A stretch of DNA of 64,000 nucleotides from the human T2T-CHM13v2.0 reference genome, Homo sapiens: the NCBI RefSeq assembly GCF_009914755.1, contig NC_060936.1, one strand, 5' to 3'. Below the pieces are notes generated by a model. The model was given only the letters and a program-made list of their open reading frames with translations, was not told where the DNA came from and ran no database searches. Positions 37,159 to 54,509 of the stretch are shown here, in pieces (position 1 is the stretch's first letter; every line of letters starts with the position of its first letter). Both the position numbers and the translations under genes were made by a program.

Positions 37159-39569
37159 TATTTAATCCACGGAGTTTTGGAGGTTTTAAAGAGGGATGGG
37201 TCTTCTTAGGGGTGAACACAAGGTAGGTGGGGGTCTTCTGATTTCTTTCTTCAGCCTGAGCTGACCTGGGTGTTCAGTTACAATTGTATTTGAAGGGAAG
37301 TTCCACTGATTACATGGAGGGGAAAGAAATCACTTTGCAAATTAAATGGCAGCCACTGGTCTAGTCCAACCCACTCAATGAGGAAACTGGCTCAGAGAGA
37401 CGAAAATAAACAGCAAAGCTTCACATTTCAATTTTGTGGAGCTTCAAAACATTTTCTTTTTTGTAATAAGCCTGAAGTTTTATTCAATGGAAGTACTCAT
37501 GTGTGAAACCTTACATTAGTCAGGTTGAGAAAATTACCTGGATAATTTCACTGGCAAATATAGCAGTAATCTGAAATGATTTAGCATGGGACTAATGGCA
37601 CTTTATATCATTTTAAGTGCAGTTAAACTTCTTAATTACAGACACTCTAGAGACTTAGAAAAATTGCTACAATTATGGCGTGTCATTAATTCTAAGGAAA
37701 CATGGCTTCCTGGGCAACACCTGCTAGGTCCATACAGTTGCCAGGCTAATATGGAGTATTAGAAATTAATGGTTTCCTTGCTTTCAAGCCACAGTGAAAT
37801 TTCTGAAATTTCTGTCCAACTTAACTAGTGTCCATGGTGGTTCATTTCAATATGTTATGACTATATACTTATATTTTACAACTTTCAGAGGTTGAGAAAA
37901 TTCATTGCAAGCATCATGTGTTGGTCATAGAATAGGCAGAAGCTGATTCCCCTAGAACTGCACATTCTTTTAAAATGAATCTTTTAAAAGAAATAATATG
38001 TGCTCAATGCAAGATTATAGAATAGAAAATAAAAGATGGTACCCCACCCATAAAACTTTTTCACTTCCAACTACAAAAGTTGAGTAAACAGTGATGTTCT
38101 TGGTATCACTTCATATATGTCAGATGGGCTAAGGAACATTTATGTTCATTTCCTTCAGCTTTAATCAAATTACCCTTTGGCTTCAACTATGAGAGCTTTC
38201 AGATCTTCTAGCCCTTAAAATTCAGGCAGAATTTTATCTTCATCAGCCACAAGAACTACAGAGCTGTAAAAAGGTAATTTCAGCCATGCAACACATCCAT
38301 GTTCTTTAAAATCAGTGTGGTGACAAGAGTTAACATTAATTATCAACTGCATGCCTGATCTTGTGCTTTACACACATGATCCCAATATCATCCACCCAGC
38401 AAGCTGTAAATACTGCAGTTATGCATGTTGCATAGATTCATAAACTTAGATACAGGGGAAAAAAAGAAATTGTCCAGTATTGCAGAATTTGTAGGAGCTA
38501 AGCTGAGCCTGGAGCATTACTTTTTACTCCAAAATCTATGCCTGAAAGATACTTAACTCTACTTGCAATACTATGACCAGGAAAAGTAGTATCTCACATT
38601 TGAATAATAATGCTTTGTAGGTTACAAAACCTTTCATGTCACCTTGTTACATCTGATCCATAAAATTCTCTAGTGAGGCAGGAAAGTGAGGGATATAAGA
38701 TAAAAAGAAGTTATAACATGCCCAATAGTGCATACTTTTTTTTTTTTTTTACTCCAAAGTCCAAGTTTTCTTCCCCACTAAATCATACCTCTCCCTGGGC
38801 AGTAAAATAATAATAATAATAATATTAAAATAATGTAAACATGTGTCAAATGCGTACAACATGCCAAAAGGCTTCTCTCCTCTCTGCCATTCTTTTTTGC
38901 TTGAACTTCTTAGTATTTCTTTTAACATTTTATTGTCTACAGTAATGTTAATGGGCCCACAGTTGTCTCAGCTTTCAATTTAGAATTACCTTTCCATTAT
39001 ACACTGTTCCATATATTACAAACATTCAGGAGCCCTGTAGATCATTCCTTTATCCTTTTCTTGCTATTCTCAATATTACTAACCTAGTACAAGATCTCTT
39101 CATTTCACACCTGAATTACTACAGCTTCCTAATCAATCTTCTTGTCTCCTCCAATTTTATTTATCTTCTTGCTTCTATGCAATACTTTCCCTTGGCTGTA
39201 ACTTCTTGAGCAGAGTAACTTATCTTGTACATTCTCTTTCCTTCCCTGTAATTAAAGCATTTGTGTTAGAAAAATGCCAAAGTTTCTTAAAATTTTGATA
39301 TTAAGAGATTCCTACAGCATTCTTTTTACCAGGGTACCCTGCTTCACCTTCCATGGCTCTCTATTACATGCATCTTAAACTCCAACATTTTTAAAGAAAA
39401 TGATCTTTTTCAATTGTGTCCTAATTTATCTTTCTAATAATTCATTCCTTTCTTTAAATTGTCATTTATTCCATAAATGGCCAGTTGGTTCCAAGTTGCA
39501 CACTATGTTTTCTCCACTCCAATGAAAGTTATAAGCCTTATATCTTTTCCCCAAGGAGAGCTTCACAAG

Positions 39570-40300
39570 ACTACCATAAATAGAAGAGTATACTCTGAAA
39601 CAATAAAATAAGCATGTTTAAAATATTTGAAGAGATAAAAAGGAATAGAATCAATAATAGAAAAATTAGACCTAATAAAAAGGATACAGAGTTGAAAAAG
39701 AACCAAATAGTTTCATTTTAGAAAAATTAAATGGACAGATTAATGCATATACTAAATGTGGCTGGTAAGAGAATCAGTAAATTGGAAGACTGATTTAGTG
39801 AAATCATCTTTGCAAAGCAGAGATGATAAAGCAGAAAATTGGGAAGAGCATTTAAAAGATGTGAAAGCAATAATAAGAAAATCTAATGATAGCTGTATCA
39901 AGAGTTGTAAGGAATGAGAAAAGCAAAGAAGTGATTTCAAAAAAACAATGGCTAGAAATTTTTTGTTGTTGTTTTTTAATGAAGGAGCACATGAACCCAT
40001 AGATTGAAGAAGCACTAGTTAGAAAAAGCTGTTACAGAAAATAAAAATAAGCCTACAGCATAGATCCTAGTAAAACTGCAGAACATGAAATGCAAATAGA
40101 AATTATGATATGGAATAAGAGAAAAAGATAGATTACCTTCATAAGAATGGATTCAAGTAACAGCAGACTTATCCGTTATAATAGGTGCTATGATACAAAG
40201 GAATAGCATCTTCAAACAAACTAAAATTTTATAATCTGCTAAATTCTCCTACAAGAATATAAACAAAAAATTACTTGTTTAGAAAATAATAAGATTATAT
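39570..40300 (+). mobile_element. Old L1M/HAL1 ORF1-region remnant
   Basis: A-rich; gagaatcagtaaattggaagac ... cctagtaaaactgcagaac ... aacagcagacttatc. Confidence 0.45.
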
Positions 40301-40553
40301 AAAATCGTGATCTTCCCAGAAAAATCAAGAATCTGTCAATGCATTTCTTACTTTAAGGAGTGTATACACTGCTAGAGAAGATGACACATTCATTTTCTCA
40401 TTTCTTTTCACTAATTTATTATCTTATACTAGGTCTATTAGTATAATTTTTTCTCCACATTGTTTTTTGATCAACATACTTAAAAATCAACCTTTATCAA
40501 ACTACTTCATGCTCAAAAATGCTCAGAAGTTGGCTGTCTAAAATTATCTAAGC

Positions 40554-40763
40554 CAGGGGTCAGCAAACTTTTTCTCTAAATATTTTAAACATTCTGTAAA
40601 TATTCTAGGCTTTGTGCACCACATATGGTTTTTCTTGCATATTCTTTTTTATTGCTTTCTTTAACATCCTTTAAAAATGTCAAAACCATCATATACAGCT
40701 TGTAAGCTATACAAAAATAGGCTATAAGCAAGATTTGCCTAGGCCATGTTTTTCTGACTTCTG
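40554..40763 (+). mobile_element. MER58-family hAT-Charlie MITE
   Basis: Ends CAGGGGTCAGCAAAC ... TCTGACTTCTG; 8-bp TSD ATCTAAGC / ATCTAAAC. Confidence 0.8.
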
Positions 40764-41613
40764 ATCTAAACTCTGAACTTGTCACTCAATGTCTACTCTT
40801 TGCAGGCTTTGTTTTAAACACAGTACTACAGAAACCTGATGTATTTAATAGAATAAAATATGTTCACCACAAACAATAGCAGAGGAATATATATATTGAC
40901 TTTCTGGTTGCCAGATACCATAGGTTGACCAGGGAAGGGGTGGGGCACTTATTGACCAGGGAAATTTAGAAAAGCTTGCTCTTTAACAGGGCTGATTTAA
41001 AAGTGAAGCAGTCAACTGGAGGCTTTATCAGTCCATATTTATCCTTGGAACTAGGTCCATATATAGGAGACAACATAAATTAATGGGATTTTTCTCCTAA
41101 ATGTGAACAATTCAGTTTAACATTCATATTTTATGAATACCCTGAACAGATCAAACACTAGCTGAATTGCTGGGGTTGCAAAGAGGAATAAAACCGTCAC
41201 CTGCTTGGAGGACGTCAAAATCTACAAAGAAGAGGAGGTAGGTGAATTAGTCAAAGAATAACACTTTAAGTTCATGGTTGCCAATTTCAAATCATTGTTA
41301 ATTAAAAGGAGGTCAAAGGCAAAGTCTAGAGATTAATCTTGAACACTTACCATAAGCCACTTAAAAAACAAAAACAAGACACTTCTTCCGTACAAAAAAA
41401 TACTTGGTTATTTAAACACTCTGTTTTCCTTCGGGTATAATTTATTAGTTACTTGAAAATTCAAAATGTATCAGTTGTTTCCTCCAGTTCTTGTTTGTTC
41501 AGATACATCCTTATCCTCTTTTTATCAACCACTGTGTTTGGGGAGAGTTTAGATTAAAGACTGTTCTAAGCCACTCATGTTTTCTGCAGAGGATGTGGCT
41601 GTCTGTGGGTTGT

Positions 41614-41630
41614 GGTGTGTGCATACGTGT

Positions 41631-41669
<39 letters not shown>
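41614..41669. repeat. (TG)n microsatellite
   Basis: Seen directly. Confidence 0.95.
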
Positions 41670-41672
<3 letters not shown>

Positions 41673-44600
41673 GGTCGGAATGGGGGTGCATATGCGTATT
41701 GCTGTTGGTAGAGGGATGAAAAGGCCTCCCTTAACAAACAAGAAAATTGCTTTGCTTTCTTGATCTTTTAAACAACCAAGAAATCCCTGTGAATTCTGTT
41801 CTGCTTCCAATCATCAATTACATCACTCAATCAAAACCCCAGTGCAATCACCTTCCAGCTCCCCACATAGCCAATGCTACATGACATAACTCCAGCCATC
41901 TCAGCACTGAAGCCATAGCATTAACAGAATGTATCAAGTTATTTGTGATGCTTCATTCACTGTAATCAGAAAAAGAAGTCAAGCGGGCACATTTATCATG
42001 GTGACCGTGGAGTTTGTAGGTGAGACAATCTGAAGGGAGAAGATACCTTTGATTAAGTTAAGACAAGCTATAATGGATGAGAGTTCTGCTCAAGTCCAAT
42101 AAATCAGCAGAGCCTTTCCAGGCTAGCAGACACAGGAATCATTGGTAAATTAACACTTGCTAGAGTTGCTATGTTGATGCCGTTAATGTGAATCCTGCCC
42201 AGATACCTCTACGGCAGAAAGTTGGGAAAGGAAGTCTAAATAATCTTGAGAGGATATTTGTGATTGATGACTGCAAAATGTATTACCCATTGGACTTATT
42301 CAGAGCTATGCTTTAATAAACCTCAGTCTCTTTTAACGGTGGGATATGGTGAAAGGTCGCTGGGCTCAGTGTTAACAATTAGACCAATTGACTGAAATGG
42401 CAATGGTATTGAAACCATTTTGTACATGGATCAGCATCTCCTCAAAGGGGCTGGGGGTCAGAAGGTGTCATTTGAAATAAGAAAGTGGGAACCTTTTGTT
42501 TTGGGTTTCTCTGTGTCTATAAATTTTGGGTTTTTTCCCCCCTGGGATTTCTGAAGCCATGAATAAAATATGAGTGTGTTGTATTTCTTTTTCCTTAATG
42601 AGTGATTGCCCCGGATGGTAGGACATTCCCCGAACAAAGAAAGCCACACTCTGGATTTATTAACTCTTAGCAAATGTTTGTTCGATGCTGAGTAATAAGG
42701 AGGTTTGCCGGTGCAGCAAGATAAAAGGCTTCTCCACTTTGTGTTTATCCTCTGGGTAATGAACAAACAAATTGGCGATTTTGTATTTTTCCTGTTGGAA
42801 ATTCATAAGGTCACCTGGGGAAAACAGAGAAGGTTAACTGGCATGAACACTTGCCTGTAAGCAGGGTGTCAGGAAAGAAAGGTCACAAATGGATGAAATA
42901 TCCCAAACCGTAACCAGTGCAGCCGCAAACGCAGGGCCCGAGGAAAGGAAATTGCATTTAATGAAAGCAGAGCCTTGGGAATTGCACTGATGGGCATGCA
43001 GCGGATCCTGTGTTTTCAGCATGCACATGTTGAGAAAACCTTACAGAAAGCCAGTGGAATAATATCTCCCTTGCAAAAGCCCTTCACTTTTTGCCACCTT
43101 CTACTGTGTCCTACTCTGTTGTTTTTTTCTACCTTCCCCCCTTGTATTCTATTTCTCTACCCACTTTTCCCATTTCATTTCTCACTGCAGAGAAAAGCTA
43201 CTTGCTAAGGGTCAAAGGGTGGCAGTAAGAGAGGCTTGAGGAAGCTGGAGCTATAGCCTTCAGGTGATTGATAATCTACACAGAGTACAGAGCGTCCGGA
43301 CCTGCCTTTAACTTTGGTTGCCAACTTTTCTTAACGTGAAGCAAAACTCATTCTTTCTTTCCTTTGTTAGACACTGACTCATGAGGAATCAGAGAAATGG
43401 GATTTCCTGCAAGTCTGTGGGATATTTTTCTGCAAAGGTGCACCGGTGATTCTCTCTGAATGAACAAAACAGTGTGGTTAGGTATTCTGTTAAGTTAGAG
43501 GGCAAAGGCTGGGGTCATTTCCTGTCAACAATCTTATTTCTTTGCCCTGAGAAAAATTACCTTTCTTCATCCCATTAGAAATCTTTATTCTGCTCCACAA
43601 TGATCTAGATTGGTTGAAGCTTGAAAAGAAAAAAAAAAAGAAAAAAAGAGAAAGCTCCTCTGATTGACTGATTGCTTTTCCAGATTGGAAAATAATTTTT
43701 TCCTGATGATGGAGACAGACAGGTGATGTTTGCCACCAGAATAGACAAACCGAAGGAAGAATGGGAGAAAAAAAATGATAGAAGGAGGAGAGGGAAAGAT
43801 TGGAAAGAGAAATGGAAATATGGTTATTCATAAAGGATCAGTCTATGAGAAGGAGGAAAATTGTAGAAGGGGGAGAAAGAAACGGGGAGAAATCCAACTG
43901 GGAAGAAATAAGGTTGGTATAAGAGAGAGTGGGCAAGGGTTGCAGGCAGTAAGTTAGTTCAGAAGAGGATAATGTTGGACTTCAATTATTCCCATAGTTT
44001 TTCTGTCCTTCACAAGTGTAAAACTACAGGATTCTCACTGGGCAAACCTTCTCATTCTTTACCTGGGAGGTAAGGAAGACCAGAAAGCACTCAGAGGAAA
44101 AAGCATTGTGTACATATTACATTTCAACTTTGAGGCACTGGGGAAAGCTACGGGTGTGGCATGAACTTCCCAAGTTGAAGGGAAGCATGGACATCTGTAC
44201 AGTCTAACTTGCTCATTTTGCAGATGAGAAAATCAAGGTCTGGATTGTCTGTCATAGGGGCTCATCCAAAGTCAAGACAGCTTGTTAGAATGATGCAGGT
44301 GGGAGCAGAACCCAAATGATCTGCCTCTCTGTCATCTGACTTCCACAGCTGCTGCTAGAGCTGGCCATTTATTTCTCATTGCAGGCGCCTGGTCCCTGAC
44401 AGAGCTCTGGGCTTCTGCCAGCTGCTTGCCCCTCACAGCTCTGACACTAGAAACAATAGGGGGTTACTAAAGGTTTCCAAGCAGGGGAGTGATGTAACAA
44501 AACTGGGTTGGCAGAGAATCATTCTAGCAGCTGAATATGGTGAGCAGGTGGATTATAAAGAAATCACAACACCATAAGGCCCTGATAAAGTACCTGTGTG

Positions 44601-45785
44601 ACCTTGAACAAACCCATTAATCTCTGAACCCAATTTTCTCATATATAAAATGATGGCATTGGATGGTCCTATGCACGTCTACTGTTTTATGATTCTTATC
44701 CTCCCCTTTCTGCAGTCGTGGCCATTAACGTTACTTAATTGTAGCAGCTGACAGGCTATGGCATGCCTGTCATTTCTTGCACTTGGTGTTAGCCACAGGG
44801 GCCTTGAGGTAAATCGGCCACTTCGCAAACAAATTCCTGAAAAATGGCAACTCTAGCGGCTTCCCAGAGCTTGGACCATGGAATCCAAATGGGGAAAAGA
44901 TAGAAGCACGCAAATGTCTGTTTAACTCTGCTCTCTTTGATTAATGAATATTATTCAAGGCAATAGCCATAAAATACACAGAATTTACACAGCAAGAGAA
45001 TCTATACCAGTTTCCTCAGCCCCAACCAGCTAACAGGAATAAAACCAGGGGTTCTGGCTGAAGTAGTTCAGTAACTAATTGAAGGCAAAGAAATAACAGT
45101 CAGCTAATTCTGTCACTGATGACATTGTCATTATGAAGAAAACCTAACTCCTTAATTGTTTTGAATCAGTTGCTTGCTTATTTTGTGTTTTAAAAGGTGT
45201 CATTTTAAAGAAAAGGCCATCTCTTGGCACAATCTCTCCTTTAAAATCAGGTTGATAATAGCCCATTATAGAGAGAAAAGGGTCAATAATGAGAATGTGG
45301 AAATAGTTACCCCTTGTCATATATGAAGATAAGAGAGTCCTCCAAAAAATAAAATGCTATAGAGAGAACATTGTTCTAATATTTTCAGAAATGTGAGTTA
45401 CTGTTCATAAAGCATACTCTGGGGTTTGAGAAAAAGTTGCTTGCAAAAACTAAGTAAACAGACAGCTTTGGAATGTTGATTAAGGACGGGGAAACTAAAC
45501 CAGGATTTGTTGTTGGATAATCAAATTTTATATTCACAACTGATGGAGGAGCAGAAATGATGTCAAAGGAAATGGATTTGTCTGGAAGGAAGGACTAAGT
45601 AAGTATTAAACATCGACCCCACTCCCTCAACCCCAGATGCACAATAGCGTGTGTCTCTAACTCACTGTTCAGACTGAAGAAAAACCTGGGGTTGGGAGGC
45701 GCCATCTTGATCTTTACTAGATTTTATTTTTCCTAAGAGAAATTCACAAGTGAAATTAGGAAATTAGCCATTGCACAACTAAGGC

Positions 45786-45795
<10 letters not shown>

Positions 45796-45816
<21 letters not shown>

Positions 45817-46097
45817 CCCGAGATGGAGTCCTGCTCTGTCACCCAGGCTGGTGTGTAGTGGTGTGATCTGGGCTCACTGCAACCTCTGCCTCCGGGTTCC
45901 AGCAATTCTGCCTCAGCTTGCTGAGTAGCTGGGATTACAGGCACCCGCCACCACATGTTGCTAATTTTTTGTATTTTTAGTAGAGATGGGGCTTTCACCA
46001 TGTTGGCCAGGCTGGTCTGGAACTCCTGACCTCGTGATCCGCCCGCCTCGGCCTCCCAAAGTGCTGGGATTACAGACATGAGCCACCTCGCCCGGCC
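45796..46097 (-). mobile_element. AluSg-like SINE
   Basis: Antisense Alu with gacctcgtgatcc; 16-bp TSD TAAGGCTTTT(C/A)TTTTC at 45780-45795 and 46098-46113. Confidence 0.95.
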
Positions 46098-47122
46098 TAA
46101 GGCTTTTATTTTCATGCTAACCACTCATTAGCGATTTCCATTTATCTTAATTGAGATGACCTCTGTTTGATTCCTTGGTAAGACCTTTGTCTTAGGTACT
46201 ATGCAACAATTTTCAAACAAGTCTAAAAATCCAACTAAACATTAGCAGTATGGGCACCAGCTCTGTCAAAAAAGCAATTCAAGATAGGAAACAAAAGAAC
46301 AAAAAGAGACAAGTACTGGCTCTCTCAACAAATACTTATTTTGAACTTCTATATGCCAAGCGCTATGCTATAAACATATAGATCCGGGTTCTAGTTTTCA
46401 GAAGTTTTCTTTAAATATTGTATTGAGTAACATTACCTAACAAATGCTTTCATTCATAACTTATTGGAAGTTGTATATTTCATTAGTAGAGAAAAGTAAT
46501 ACATTTTTATTCTCTGTTTTAATTTCTGATAGTCTTATCACCATAAATTTATGTATCTCTTTTTAGCACAATTTTTAAAAATGTTCCATGACTATGCAAT
46601 TTTTAAATAAAGATACTAGCAACATTACCTTTTTGTCATATTTTTCCCTCTTCCCTTTCCCATTTTTTTCACATATCAGATCTAAAAGTATTTGTACTCT
46701 TACTTTGTATTATCAAGGTTGATAGCATTTACATTTTGTTCTCTAATTGTGATGAATCTTTATAATTTTCCATAAATGTTGAAAGCATTTAAAAGCATTT
46801 ACATTATGACTATGTAAATGTTTCCCTGCAGAACCAATGTAACACTCTGATTCCTTCTCTTCCTGTTTCACTGAAAAATGGAATGTTTCCAGAACCAAGG
46901 TCGAAAGATTCTTTATTCTTATACTTCACCAAATTCTAATTTGTTTTTTATTTAGGACACAATATTCTTGTTTGCTTTCTGGAGTTTTTAATTGTCTCTT
47001 GCCTTGAGAGGGGAAAAATGTAATTGATAGTGTCCAGCTCTTAATCATTCTAACTACTCTTTGGAATCTATTCCCTTCTTTCTGAAGGCATGCTCATTGG
47101 ACAGCGATTTCTTGTTCTATGA

Positions 47123-47535
<413 letters not shown>

Positions 47536-48524
47536 GTTCCTCCATTTCTTATATCCTATGTCTTCACTTTTCTAGTTCTTATCCTGTTTCGCTGGAGTAC
47601 ATCTTTAAATAACTACTTTGAAATAAGGAGACAAACTTAGTGAGTTCTGACACATCTGAAAATGATGTGACTATTCATAGTTGCTTATTAGTTGGATTAG
47701 GTATAGAATTCTAGGATCAAATTAATTATCTCAGAATTTCAAAGGCTCTATTTTATCATTTTTCAGCATGTATGACTGATGGTGAGATGTTTGATGATGA
47801 TCTACTTTTATTCTTCTGTAAATTACTTTTTTCTTCTCTCTTTGGCAACTTTTGAGATCTCTTTAACTTTAGCATTAGGAAATCTTAGAAATTATAGAAT
47901 GGTATTTCTTTTTGTATATTCTTTTTCTAGGACTTGAAAAGCTCTTTTAAAGTAAAGATTCATCTCACTTCAGTGCGGGAAAGTTTTGTTCATATTTCTT
48001 CATTTTGTTTTATTTAAAAATTTTTATTTACATATAATCTACTTGGAGAAAAATCCATGAGTCATAAGAGTATAATCTATTTCTTTTTCCAAAAGCTGAA
48101 AATATCCCTGTAACAAGCACTAAAGACAGGAAATGGGATGATTCCAGCACCTCAGAAACTTTTCTCCTGTTTTGTTCTGATCACCCTGGCAAGGTAACCA
48201 CTATCCTGATGTCTAACAGGAAGATTCAGTTTTTCTGTTTTTTTTTCTTTTGTATAAATATAATCAATGGTTGTTGTTGTTGTTGTTGTTTACTAATTTT
48301 CTCCTGTTCACATTTTTCATCCTTTCTCTGGAACTTCTAGTCGTCAGGCATTGAAGCTTTGGCATTGATACTTTATTATATGTTCTCTTGTATTTTTCCT
48401 GTCTTTTTTAGTGATATGTACTGGGATAGATCCTCAAGTTTTCTTCCATTATTTCATTTTTTGGCCATTTTGTTTGTTAATTTCCCTGTGCTTGTTTTGC
48501 TCTCTGTTATTTTTCAAATCATCT

Positions 48525-48935
48525 ATGTTATTGACATAAATCTAGGTGGCTGTCACAATAGGCCCCAAAATATGGTGACTTAAATAATACCAAACTCCAT
48601 TTCATTCTTGTGTAACTGACATGAGATGGATGGGGTGATTGTGCTTCCCGAAGCCGTCAGGAGCCCAAGTTCCCTCCATCTTCCACCATGTCATCCCTTA
48701 AGGTGTCACTCTCTTTTGCATGGCCAAAGCTGTGTCACAGCCACATTCACACGGAAAGGAAAAAAGAAGTTCTGGGACAATAGTTGCATGCATTGCTTCG
48801 TTTCACATTAAATAGAGTAGAACTGTCACATGTTACAACTAACTGTGAAGGAACATGAAAAATAGTCTAGCTGCATGCCATCAGGAAGAAGGGTAGAAAT
48901 GTATTTAGGGAGGAAAACTAGAGCTCTGTTACACC
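48525..48935. mobile_element. MLT1 (MaLR) solo LTR
   Basis: ggctgtcacaataggccccaaaatatggtgacttaaa ... ggagcccaagttccctccatctt ... aatagtctagctg. Confidence 0.5.
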
Positions 48936-49487
48936 ATCCTGTATTTGTATTATTGATAAAATATCTTTCTAACTTTCCTGGAAAATAAAGAGAATATTCT
49001 TTATTTGTCTTTATTTCTCTACTATTTTCTCCTGTTTCTGTCTTCCTTCTCTCCCCTTTCTTCCTTTCTTTCTGTTTCTGTCTGTTTTCTGAATAATCCC
49101 TATTTCCCCTGGCCTCATATTTTTTGGACTATATTATTCCATCACTTCAGACTGGGACTTTCCCTAAATGAATAATGAACCTTACTTGTCTATTTACAAG
49201 GTTAAGAATGAAGAAAGATGAATGTTGACTGGAAGAACTGTGTATACAGCTAGAAAATTGGCAGGAAGGCTCTTCCTCAGTGTGAGTGCACAAGGCAACG
49301 GTTATTATATAAGGGCCTCCCAAGTTCAAGAATGGTGAGAATGATGAGTGCTTTTCCTCTGTAGCAATGACAGCCACAATAGCTATTTTAATTCTCTCCA
49401 GTTTGTTCTTTGAAGGAGAACCTTATGTGTGTGTGTATGTGTGCGTCGGGGCAGGGGGGCATTCTTTCCTTGTTTTGTACTGGAGTT

Positions 49488-49810
49488 TGTATTAGTTTCG
49501 GCTAAGCAATGCTATAGTAACAAACAACCCTCCAAATCCCAATGGTTTACAATAACAAAGATTATCACAAGTCTACCATGCATTGGCTTATGTTCTGCTT
49601 CCTCTTGCTTTATTACCTGACCTAGGCTAACAAAAATAGCTCCTCTCAAAGATACTGGCAGTGTTGTGGCAAAGGGAACAGACACATGGTGAACCATGTG
49701 CTGGCCCTTAACACTTCTGCTTGAAAGTGAAACACATCATTTCTGCTAGTATTTGTTGCCAAAGAAATCACATGACCTTGAGCAAGTACAACAGGACAAG
49801 GCTATTTAAC
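49488..49810. mobile_element. MLT1 (MaLR) solo LTR
   Basis: tgtattagtt ... gtaacaaacaaccctccaaatcccaatggtttaca ... cttctgcttgaaagtgaaacacatcatttctgct. Confidence 0.6.
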
Positions 49811-50348
49811 TCTTGGATAGGCATGTGTACCACAAAAAAAAAAAAAAGGAACAAAAATATCTGTAATAATAGTACAGTCTCCTAAAGGGCTAAATACTTA
49901 CCCTCTGTTTTTTTAATTGGGGGTAAGGGGATGAGGGAATCAATTGACCTATGCATGTACCTTAAATCCGTTGCCTGTGTTCAACCCAATTTTATGGCTG
50001 CCATTCACTTGCTTTATGATTTCTTAATCAAGATCCTCCCTATAATTCTCTAATACTCTCCACTTTAGCCCCTGCTTCCTGCCCAGGAGACAGGTATATT
50101 TAGGCTGCAGCTTTTAAATCTTTTCTTAATCAGCGAGCACCCTTCTTTCTCTCTTCCAGAAATTGTTGAAATCTATTATCTGCTTATAATTTCCTTTTCT
50201 GTTTTCTTTATTATGATGAGTTTATACCTTTTTAAATTCTTTTATTCTGATACTCATGGGTTTTCAGAAAAAAAAGGAAAGCTTTTGTGTTCATTTGGCT
50301 GTATTAAAAGGAAGAAAAAACTGAATACATGCAAAAGAATTGCTGAAT

Positions 50349-50377
<29 letters not shown>
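50349..50377. repeat. (CA)n microsatellite abutting the L1 TSD
   Basis: Seen directly. Confidence 0.95.
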
Positions 50378-50379
<2 letters not shown>

Positions 50380-51550
50380 CTTATTTTCTTTTTTTTTAAA
50401 TTTTATTATTATTATACTTTAAGTTTTAGGGTACATGTGCACAACGTGCAGGTTTGTTACATATGTATACATGTGCCATGTTGGTGTGCTGCACCCATTA
50501 ACTCGTCATTTAGCATTAGGTATATCTCCTAATGCTATCCCTCCCCCCTCCCCCCACCCTACAACAGTCCCTGGTGTGTGATGTTCCCCTTCCTGTGTCC
50601 ATGTGTTCTCATTGTTCAATTCCCACCTATGAGTGAGAACATGCGGTGTTTGGTTTTTTGTCCTTGCAATAGTTTGCTGAGAATGATGGTTTCCAGCTTC
50701 ATCCATGTCCCTACAAAGAACATGAACTCATCATTTTTTTATGGCTGCATAGTATTCCATGTGTATATGTGCCACATTTCTTTAATTCAGTCTATCATTG
50801 TTGGACATTTGGGTCGGTTCCAAGTCTTTGCTATTGTGAACAGTGCCGCAATAAACATACGTGTGCATGTGTCTTTATAGCAGCATGATTTATAATCCTT
50901 TGGGTATATACCCAGTAATGGGATGGCTGGGTCAAATTGTATTTCTAGTTCTAGATCCCTGAGGAATCGCCACACTGACTTCCACAATGGTTGAACCAGT
51001 TTACAGTCCCACCAACAGTGTAAAAGTGTTCCTATTTCTCCACATCCTCTCCAGCACCTGTTGTGTCCTGACTTTTGAATAATCGCCGTTCTAACTGGTG
51101 TGAGATGGTATCTCATTGTGGTTTTGATTTGCATTTCTCTGATGGCCAGTGATGATGAGCATTTTTTCATGTGTTTTTTGGCTGCATAAATGTCTTCTTT
51201 TGAGAAGCGTCTGTTCATATCCTTGCCCACTTTTTGATGGGGTTGTTTGTTTTTTTCTTATCAATTTGTTTGAGTTCATTGTAGATTCTGGATATTGGCC
51301 CTTTGTCAGATGAGTAGGTTGCAAAAATTTTCTCCCATTCTGTAGGTTGCCTGTTCACTCCGAAGGCAGTTTCTTTTGCTGTGCAGAAGCTCTTGAGTTT
51401 AATTAGATCCCATTTGTCAATTTTGGCTTTTGTTGCCATTGCGTTTGGTGTTTTAGACATGAAGTCCTTGCTCATGCCTATGTCCTGAATGGTATTGCCT
51501 AGGTTTTCTTCTAGGGTTTTTATGGTTTTAGGTCTAACATTTAAGTCTTA

Positions 51551-52144
<594 letters not shown>

Positions 52145-52147
52145 CTA

Positions 52148-52570
<423 letters not shown>

Positions 52571-52573
52571 TTA

Positions 52574-54474
<1,901 letters not shown>

Positions 54475-54509
54475 TTAGTTGATGCAGTTTCTTCCTAGCC
54501 TTGATGGTC

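Noticed and set aside
41491-41810. ORFs with CVCVCV / HTHTHT runs
   Set aside because: Translation of the (TG)n microsatellite
41910-42561. Additional miR-135 seed matches (AAGCCAT at ~41911 and ~42554)
   Set aside because: Not in any supported exon; the frequency is compatible with chance in 64 kb
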